Part shown: positions 9,301 to 18,000 of the stretch, one piece after another | How positions within the stretch are numbered: the first letter of the stretch is position 1 | How the letters are laid out: each line of letters starts with the position of its first letter | From: a virus | Lineage: Duplodnaviria; Heunggongvirae; Uroviricota; Caudoviricetes | Reading direction: 5' to 3' (one strand) | DNA length: 64,000 nt | IMG/VR virus record: IMGVR_UViG_3300044641_000519 | Position numbers and translations under genes: made by a program | The notes under the pieces: model-generated | The model's input: the letters and a program-made list of their open reading frames with translations, nothing else | The model's database searches: none | What the model was told of the DNA's origin: nothing

Positions 9301-12035
9301 CCAATATAAGTGGATTCTCCATTTACACTAATGGTACCAGTAGGTGAAAAGATTATATTATTAGTCCAAGTTCCTCCATTTAAATGCCAAAAAGCTAAAT
9401 CATAAGTAGCATCTTGTTGTAAAATCCAACCTCTATTATTTGTACTATCTAATATTGTAAATCTTGAACTACCTCCTACTGTATTTGAACTACCTGCTCC
9501 ATTTGCTATTATTTCAGCAGTAGCTCCTGTAGTTCTAATGTTACCAGTAAATGTAGCAGTTGTGCCATTTAAAGCTCCTGTCAACGTACCACCTGCTAAA
9601 GGTAAGTAAGTAGAAGATGCACTACTTGTAGTTAAATATGTATTTGAATCTATACTTCCATCTGCTTTTAAAAACTGAGTTGATGTACCACCGCTTTTTA
9701 TTAAACTATTTGCTGTTACAGAAGATGAGAATGTAGCTGTACCAGTTACCTGGAAAGTTGCACCATTACTTGCTTGAGTTCCTATTAATACGTAACCATC
9801 AGATGTGATACGCATACGTTCAACAACACTTGTAGCAGATGCACCAAATCCTGTTCCAAATGAAACACCTGCATTGTTATTGCCATTAAATTGAAGGTAA
9901 CCCAGCCATGTAGTATCTACCTTTTGTTGTATTCTGAAACCTGCACTTGTCCAAGTAGTACCATTAACAACACGAGTATTTGTTATTTCTAAATAATCAT
10001 CATTATCACCTGTATCAACTTGCAATCTTTGAACTAATGATTGGTTTCCTAATGTTGTCCCAAGGTTAGTCCCTACAACATTTAATTTGAATGATGCGTC
10101 AGCATTTCCTCCAATACCTATATTCTTATTACCATTCCAATCATAAGGAAACTCTATTTCACTACCAAGACCCTGATCTCCCCATCTTGATGTTAGTAAA
10201 CGAATAGATGATATTCTTACTGATGCAGCGTTGGTAGTAGTTATAGTTAGTCTAGCATAGGTATCTCCACCAAAGGGACTAATATAAAACCAAATAGGGA
10301 TAGCCTGATTACTATTTGATGATGTATGTCTAACTGTCCAACTGACATTGTCTGTAGAAGTTTCAAATACAATTGTTTTTGTTGATGTTACTCCTATATA
10401 TGTAAATCCAATAACTAACCAACTTGCATCGTTAAAAGAAACTCCTGTCCAAATCCATCTTGCAGAAATTATAGTTGTACCATTAATAATCTCAATATTT
10501 TGAGCTTGTTTTTGTGCAAATAATGCATTATTTAATGTTGCAGCATTATAAGTGGTACCATTAGCTGATGTTTGATATTGAGGTGAGTATAATCCAAATG
10601 AAAATACATCATGCCATAAGTATGGAGAAATAGGAGATTGTGCAATCTGTGAAGTATCAGATGTTATCACTGTATTTGTTAATGATCCATTCTGCTTAAA
10701 ACTCTGTAAACCATATCCAAAAATACCTCCAGTAGATGATACGTTTACTAAATTAGTTCCATCAAATGTTAAGTTAGCTTCAGCGTTTGCTGTATTAGTA
10801 GTTCCTAATGATGTAAGAATTCTATTATCTACTGCATTTGTAATAGTACTAAATCCAGTACCAGACGTACCAGAAGAACCAGCAGCACCATTGGCACCTG
10901 ATGTGCCAGATGTTCCTGTAGTACCACTAGTTCCCTTTGTACCACTAGTACCACTAGATCCTGCTACACCACTAGCTCCACTAGTACCAGAAGAACCAGC
11001 AGCACCTGATATACCAGAAGTTCCTGTAGTTCCACTTGTACCATTTATACCACTAGTACCACTTGTTCCTTTAGTGCCGCTTGTACCACTAGATCCTGCT
11101 ACACCATTTATACCAGATGTACCAGAAGAACCACTTGTAGCAGAAGTACCACTTGACCCACTTGTTGCAGAGGTACCAGACGATCCATTAGTACCTGATG
11201 TACCACTTGAACCACTGGTTCCACTAGTTGCAGAGGTTCCGCTTGACCCTGAGGTGGCAGAAGTTCCAGAGCTTCCAGACGTACCACTTGTACCAGACGA
11301 ACCACTAGTGCCACTAGTTGCAGAAGAACCTGAAGACCCACTGGTTCCTGAAGTTGCTGATGTACCACTAGTACCTCTTGTTCCTGCAATCCCTGAGCTA
11401 CCTGAAGTTCCTGCAGTACCATTACCTCCAGACGCACCATCCAAGTTTACTGTCCATGCTGTGAATGTACCAGATCCCACTGTTCTAGTTGGGGCTCCAA
11501 ATTGAAGAGCTCCTGTAGATGGGTTGTATGAAATAACCTCACACTCTTGAAAGTTTGTAATGCTATTAACTATTATTATAGATTGAGCCACTGTATAAGC
11601 CAACCCTGTTCCTACAGTGATTGTCCCAGCATTGCCTAAAGTGAAAGATGTTGTAGATGTAGTGGCATATCTATCTCCAGATAAACCTCCAGTACCACTG
11701 CTTCCAGAAGTACCAGTAGAACCAGACGTACCTGATGTTGCTGAAGTTCCAGACGTACCCTTAGTACCACTTGTACCACTTGATCCAGAGCTTGCAGATG
11801 TACCTGAAGAACCACTAGTCCCTGAAGTAGCTGAACTACCAGACGAACCAGATGTTGCAGATGTACCTGAGCTACCACTAGTACCAGATGTTCCAGATGA
11901 GCCACTACTACCAGAAGTAGCTGATGTACCTGATGAGCCATTTGTACCAGAAGTTCCACCAGTTCCTGAAGTAGAATAACTGATTGGTACTCCACTATCA
12001 GTCAAAAGATTATTAGTAATTAAAGCTATTCCCAT
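6117..12035 (-). CDS. giant tail fibre with collagen-like G-X-Y repeats, ERMRITSGGNVGIGT-type fibre repeats and a C-terminal S74 intramolecular chaperone (self-cleaving) domain
   Basis: Long (GTS/GSS/ATS)n triplet tracts; repeated ERMRIT[ST][GD]G.V.IG motif (5 copies); C-terminal SDKRLKKEIS...LEKRIEELEAKLK matches the endosialidase-chaperone/peptidase S74 signature. Confidence 0.8.
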   Translation of the reverse strand: MGIALITNNLLTDSGVPISYSTSGTGGTSGTNGSSGTSATSGSSGSSGTSGTSGSSGTSATSGSSGSSATSGTSGSSGTSASSGSSGTSGTKGTSGTSATSGTSGSTGTSGSSGTGGLSGDRYATTSTTSFTLGNAGTITVGTGLAYTVAQSIIIVNSITNFQECEVISYNPSTGALQFGAPTRTVGSGTFTAWTVNLDGASGGNGTAGTSGSSGIAGTRGTSGTSATSGTSGSSGSSATSGTSGSSGTSGTSGSSGTSATSGSSGTSATSGTSGSSGTSGTNGSSGTSATSGSSGTSATSGSSGTSGINGVAGSSGTSGTKGTSGTSGINGTSGTTGTSGISGAAGSSGTSGASGVAGSSGTSGTKGTSGTTGTSGTSGANGAAGSSGTSGTGFSTITNAVDNRILTSLGTTNTANAEANLTFDGTNLVNVSSTGGIFGYGLQSFKQNGSLTNTVITSDTSQIAQSPISPYLWHDVFSFGLYSPQYQTSANGTTYNAATLNNALFAQKQAQNIEIINGTTIISARWIWTGVSFNDASWLVIGFTYIGVTSTKTIVFETSTDNVSWTVRHTSSNSNQAIPIWFYISPFGGDTYARLTITTTNAASVRISSIRLLTSRWGDQGLGSEIEFPYDWNGNKNIGIGGNADASFKLNVVGTNLGTTLGNQSLVQRLQVDTGDNDDYLEITNTRVVNGTTWTSAGFRIQQKVDTTWLGYLQFNGNNNAGVSFGTGFGASATSVVERMRITSDGYVLIGTQASNGATFQVTGTATFSSSVTANSLIKSGGTSTQFLKADGSIDSNTYLTTSSASSTYLPLAGGTLTGALNGTTATFTGNIRTTGATAEIIANGAGSSNTVGGSSRFTILDSTNNRGWILQQDATYDLAFWHLNGGTWTNNIIFSPTGTISVNGESTYIGTDAQAVPRLGFVKIGGQNPFLGFASVPFTIRVSGGADIATSNTFTTALSIATDRSATFSSTVSATDYYFNSSSLERAVKRYVSTANVSNAGYTVVCNVTGNSLASAVRMTLQGTTGSVVINVTADILVNHFQDILITSQAGIYTLLTLRVISNNDENFSVSATSNSPNVCTMNVEVYPLNNETVTFGGSAQTGSTLTHVCTPGVNISATGGSNGDFAASGNGTFGGSVTAVNGLTIGSLGSGSNAILTLATNASGSPRTIYYKASDASINITGTGGTDLVTIGNGGAATFSSSVTANGAINARAGGYLALYDISTNTNRWDIYTNSDNSYRMNYNGSGNDELVITSGGNVGIGVVPSAWISGGIYTSIEIGRVGDALFSGSGGGPVISANAYYGASGWIYARTGASTNYDAGEGIFRWFTAASGTAGSAISFNERMRITNGGNVGIGTSSPESVSNFNTLQVDGTSGAMLRTGTSAYGGYVATIATADVMVISNVRNPINGTFSNTGKAASVISLYSESGNGYLTFSTSATNNTGPTERMRITSGGEVIVGGPTTNATLSISGDNSAGDTFLNFKADIGQTKAQIQGSKFAGTGGVLYFKTLQSSILTTVMTINQASQVLINTAGITGGGALQVNGNVNINGVFQINGVTIGGGGGSGVTGSGTTNYISKWTGSTSLGNSVIYDDGTNVGIGTTSVGSYKLSVVRNASAAAVLSLYNQSASGYSGTHLLNNAGTLVAHFGFANASTGDALADKVYFGSIGAKDVVFTTNDTVKVTITNAGNVGIGTSSPSSPLDVVADNSTAINLRLRGRAADSVGQMEFWNNAQSTRYGYIATDSTSMGMVTTQAIPLVLGTNSAERMRITSGGNVLIGTATDTGQKLQVSGIASFSGAYGTNNGVNINGTTYATLNSNRGTSVASAGVNYSSVNVQRWFTGIYENSDNFGFYSVGTNGFPLILNYSTGAATFSSSVTATSFFESSDKRLKKEISDNPIISGIEAVKPKLYIKDGKEELGYYAQDLQEILPSAVIESEDGFLSLSYAQVLVAKVASLEKRIEELEAKLK
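10775..11965 (-). repeat. coding collagen-like (Gly-Ser/Thr-Ser) triplet repeat tracts in the 1972-aa fibre gene
   Basis: degenerate 9-nt/18-nt periodic DNA encoding GTSGSSGTSATSGSS... Confidence 0.8.
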
Positions 12036-12058
12036 TATTCAAAGTTAGTTTATTTCTA

Positions 12059-15000
12059 TTATATAAATGTAAATTCTCTCCATGATGTACTTGTTTTAAC
12101 CCATAATCCTTCAACTCCATCAGTTTGATATACTATTAATCCTGTTTCAGGAGAAGCTATTGCTAATCTTTGAGCAGCTGTCATTCTTGGAGGTAAGAAA
12201 CCTTGTGTAGTTGAATTTACTGCAAGTCTTGCTGAAGGAATTTCTGTATAAGTTCCGCCATTTTGGATAAGTAGATTACCTGTTGTTTCAAACCATTGCG
12301 ACCATCTTGTTCCTCCATTGCTTAATATTGAAACACCTGCAGCTGTATCACTATATATACCTCTAGTATAAATAGATGGCACAACTATAACTGCTGAATA
12401 TATATTATTCCATCTAAAATTTGATAACCCTAATGTTCTTGTATTATCTGTTGATGGTATAATATTCCCTGCAACTCTTATTGCTGTATTTGTAACACCT
12501 GTAAACGCACCATTTGTAAATGTTGGGTTAATGTCTAAACCTACAAGTGTATCATTGTTTGCTGTTGCTACCAAAGTAGGATTAAAAAATACTCCTCTTG
12601 CTGTTCCACTTGTAGGACGTACAGTTGTACTTACTTGGAAAGGAGCAGTAGGGGTGGTAGTTCCAATACCCATTCTTGGTACAGGGAAAGCTCTAAAAGC
12701 CCATCTATCTCCTGCAAGCTGACCACTTACTGATAATCTAACTTGAACACCAGAGTCTAATGTTTGGAATGCTCCAGTTATAGTAACGTTAGTCCCTGAT
12801 GGTGTTCCAGTCCAACTACCAAGTCCCCAGTTAAATGTTGTTGATGAAGTAATAGTTACCCAATAAATTCTATTTGAGCTTCCTGTAAATCCAGTTACAT
12901 CCACATTTAATGTTCCTGTACCTGAACCATTATCTTTTACTAAATTGTATGTTGTACTTGTATATGGGTCTCCCTTTATTGTAGCATTTGCTAAGTTATC
13001 AGGATTTGTTGTGAAATATGGAGTACTTGCTGGTAAGCTAAATGAACTCCAAAAGTTACTATTTTGTCCAACAAATTGACTTGTAAACCCTGCAAACTTA
13101 AGTGGTTTCCATCCTGAACTTGCATTTTGCCAGTCACCAACAAACCAATGGAAAAAGTCTTGAACAGTGTCTGGATTGTCTGTCAATTTAAACTCATACA
13201 TTGTTTGGTCATTAGCATACTCCACAACGTTCATTGAAGCACCATCTGTTGATTTTTCAAATGTTAATGAGGCTACTTGACCTATCCCATTATTAACTAA
13301 TGTAATATTGTTTGTTCTAAGCCTAGTTGAATCAAAAAGTCCATAAGAAGAATTGTTTACTGCTGGTATAGTACCAGAAGTTACTGCTTGGTTTGTATCA
13401 GTAAGAGTTGTTGTGTTAACTCCAAATACTGAAATGTATGAACTATATGAATTTGAAACATTGCTTTTATATACTCTATATCCAGTTGCACCTTGAACTA
13501 ATGACCAAGATAAAGCTACAGAACTTGTTGAACCAGTTGTAACCACTGAAAGCTCATTGCTACCAGTAGTTAATAATCCCTCAGTATCATAGGCTACTAT
13601 TCTATAGAAATATGTGGCAGCAGGTAGTGTTCCACCAGAAGCAGAACCTACAGCAGAATTCAAAGTTGGAACTGTTAAAGAACCAATTAATAATTTACTA
13701 AATTTAGCTGCATGGTTTAATGACCTTATAGCAACGTTTAGATTATTAGCAAATGCACCATTGGTGAAAGTTGGATTTATATCCAAGCCCACCAACGCAT
13801 CGTTATTAGCAGATGCTACCAATGTAGAAGTTACTATTGTTCCTATTGCTAAACCACTTGCAGCAGTTGTAGAACCTGTTATTGTTGCTTGTCCATTTAA
13901 ACGAGTAGTACCTGTAACATCTAATCTAAATCCAGCATCTGTGAATGTACCTCCGTTTTGTAAAAGTAAATTTCCTGTTGTAAACCATTGACCTGATTTA
14001 GTTGCAAAAGCAGGATAAAATTCAAATCCAGATGTTCCTGAAGATAAGAATTGTCTAATGTGTCCTTGTATAAAATTAAAAGAAGGATTTCCTAAAGAAA
14101 ATAAAGCTGATGAGGATGGAACAATAGTTCCTGCTACTCTAATAGCATATAAATTGACACCTGTAAATGCACCAACTGAAAATGTAGGAGCAATATCTAA
14201 ACCAACTAAATTATCTCCATTCGCAGAAGCTACTAAAGTAGTATTAATTAATTGACCTCTACTTATTGCACTAACCGCAGTTTCAGTACCACCAACTGTT
14301 AATTGTGTTGCAGTACCTAAAGTAGTTGTTCCTATGCCTGTATCACCTGCTAAATAGTTAGCAGCAGTTCCATTCATATACAAGTTCCATCTATTAGTAC
14401 CACTTGGTATTTGTCCTTGAAAAGCTATATTAGTACCTGCTCCTGTCATAGAAGAACTAATAGCAAATCCTACTTGGGTAGTTATATTTGAACCAGCACC
14501 TATTGTCCCTTGAGTAGCAAAATAATGGAAATAAGTACCTAAAGTAAATGATGCAGCTTGTGTATTTAATTGACTAAGATTACTAAATACATTAGTAGTT
14601 ACATCACTTAATACAAAACCTGCTTGTGCAATTCCATAAGCAGTAGAAGCACCTGTAATGTTTTTAGCAACAAATAAACTATATCCTGTTAAACTTGTAG
14701 TACCTATGCCCAAAGCACCTGCTAAATAATTATCAGCTGTACCACCTGCATAAATATTAAACTTACCTGTTCCTGCTGAAAGGTTTAAATTTACTGCTCT
14801 TGATATAGTTGTAGCTGTATGGTCATTTATATTTAAACCATAAAAGTTAGCAATGTTTTGTGGTAAAAATGCTGTTTCAAATCCAATATAATTTGTATAT
14901 GTACCTGTATTTGTTGGGGGGCCTGTTGAACCAGTCTTATATCCAACCACTGTACCAAAGTTTCCATTACCTTGTGTAACTGCTATAAAAATACCATATT

Positions 15001-18000
15001 GTGCGCCTTGTGTAGCAGTTCCACTATTATTAATTAATCCTTGAAAAGCAACATATCCATTACCACTTGTTGTACTTCTATTTACTATAATCCTTGTATC
15101 ATTAGCAGTTAAACCATTATAGGTAAAAGCATCATCATTAATATTCCAAGTTTGTCTACTAATTATATTCCAACCATTTGCACTACCTGTAAAATTTCCA
15201 CTTGCACCATTTTCAAGTGAACCAAAATTATTACCTGCTGGTAAAACTTTTGTAACAGTACCACTTGTAAAACCATTTATAGCAGTATCACTACCTAAAG
15301 TAATCAAAGTACCATTATCAGTAATATTACTATTACCTATTGTAGTTGCACTTGTAAACTTAGCCACTGTATTAGTAGTACCAGAAACTGCCACTGATGT
15401 ACCAGATGATCCACTAGTGCCAGCTGTACCACTAGATCCTGCTGTCCCACTAGAACCAGAGGTTCCAGAAGTTCCACTTGAACCACTCGTACCACTAGTA
15501 CCACTAGACCCTGAAGATCCTGATGTTGCACTTGTTCCACTAGAACCAGAAGTACCACTAGATCCAGATGAACCATTAGTACCAGCTGTTCCAGAACTTC
15601 CACTTGTTCCACTTGTACCTGAAGAACCACTTGATGCACTTGTACCACTAGTGCCACTTGTTCCACTAGTTCCTTTTGTACCACTCGTTCCACTTGATCC
15701 AGACGTACCAGTTGAACCAGATGTACCACTTGATCCACTTGATCCATTTGTACCAGCTGTACCACTAGAACCTGAGGTGCCAGATGTACCAGAAGATCCA
15801 CTTGATCCACTCGTAGCAGAAGTACCAGAAGTTCCTGATGTTCCTTTTGTTCCACTAGTGCCACTTGAACCAGATGTACCAGTAGAACCACTAGTTCCAC
15901 TGCTTGCACTTGTACCACTTGTGCCACTTGAACCATTAGTACCAGAAGATCCATTAGTTCCAGATGAACCAGAGCTTCCACTAGTTGCAGAAGTTCCTGA
16001 GCTGCCTGATGTGCCAGAAGTTGCAGATGAACCACTAGATCCAGATGTGCCTGCTGTTCCACTAGAACCACTCGTAGCACTTGTACCACTAGATCCGCTC
16101 GTACCACTTGTAGCACTGGTTCCAGAAGAACCACTCGTTCCACTAGTGCCAGAACTACCACTTGTTCCAGAGGTGGCAGAAGTACCTGATGTACCCTTAG
16201 TTCCACTCGTACCACTTGAGCCTGATGAACCACTTGAAGCTGATGTACCAGAAGAACCAGATGTTCCAGAGGTGCCAGATGTACCATTAGCTCCTGACGT
16301 ACCAGAGGTACCAGAAGGAGGGTTGAATGTGGTTTGTGCGTAAGAATAATTGCTTGTGCCCTCTGTGTAGAAAGTTATTGTATTAGCAGAGCCGCCATTG
16401 TGTTGTGCATAGATTTGACAATATAGTCTGTCTGTTGCGTTCAATGCAGTTTGACCTAAGAAAAGATCAGTGAAAAACTCTTTGATGACACCGCTACTCA
16501 AAGATTCTGTGTCTAAGTTTGTAACACCTAGAAGAGTAGATGTTCCTCCTGTTGTATATTTATATAGCTCTATATCAACTGCTACATTTACATTTGCGTT
16601 GATAGAAAAGTGAGTGACCCAAGCCCAGTTTCCTGAAGGTAGATTTGTAGCATTTGGTACACCTGAATCTGTAGCATAAGTTGCTATTAGTGTACGAACA
16701 TTTTGTGTAACACTTAGTACTACAGTTTGTTCAGCAGCACCTGTTCCAATAGGTGACCACTCTTTATATGTAGGTGTGCCAAAAGCACTATTTGTATTTA
16801 CAGATTGATTTAAGTAGTATAAGAGACCTCCAGCTACACCACTTACACCAGAACTTCCTGCTGTACCAGATGTACCTGAACTGCCTGATGTTCCACTTGT
16901 TCCAGAAGTTCCTGAGCTACCACTTGTACCACTTGATGCACTTGTGCCAGAGGTTCCACTAGAACCATTTGTACCTGATGTTCCACTAGATCCACTAGTT
17001 GCTGATGTACCGCTTGAACCAGAAGTTGCAGATGTTCCACTTGTTGCACTGCTTCCACTTGTTGCACTTGTACCAGAAGATCCTGAGGTTGCACTAGTTC
17101 CAGAGCTACCATTAGTACCAGATGTACCGCTAGAGCCTGATGTACCACTTGTACCTGTAGAACCACTTGTACCACTAGTTGCACTGGTTCCAGATGTACC
17201 TTTTGTACCACTTGTACCAGAACTACCACTAGTAGCAGATGTACCAGAAGAACCAGATGTAGCACTTGTACCAGAACTTCCATTGGTACCTGACGTTCCA
17301 CTAGAACCAGATGTTCCACTTGATCCACTAGAACCACTTGTTGCTGATGTTCCAGAGCTTCCACTTGTTCCAGATGTTCCACTAGATCCTGAGGTACCAC
17401 TAGACGCAGATGTACCTGATGTAGCAGAAGTACCAGACGTGCCTGTAGAACCACTAGTTCCACTAGAACCATTAGTGCCAGATGAGCCTGAACTTCCAGA
17501 CGTACCACTAGTTGCAGATGTTCCAGAACTTCCACTAGTACCAGTAGTTCCAGAAGACCCACTTGTGCCTGAAGAAGCTGAAGTACCAGAAGACCCACTA
17601 GTTGCAGAGGTACCACTAGAACCTGCTGTTGCACTTGTACCTGATGAACCAGATGTTCCAGAGGTACCAGAAGATCCACTAGTACCAGAGGTAGCAGAAG
17701 TTCCACTTGTAGCAGACGTACCTGCAGTGGCAGATGTACCAGAACTACCAGCAGTGCCAGAAGTTCCTGAGGTGCCAACTGTTCCACTAGAACCAGATGT
17801 GCCTGATGTACCAGAGGTGCCAGAAGATCCATTTGTTCCACTAGTACCACCAGTACCTGATGAGCCAGAAGTTCCAGATGTTCCACTTGTTGCAGATGTT
17901 CCACTGGTTCCTGTAGTTCCACTAGAACCATTTGTTCCACTAGATCCAGAAGTGCCACTTGTTCCACTTGTTCCACTTGAACCATCTGTACCACTAGTTC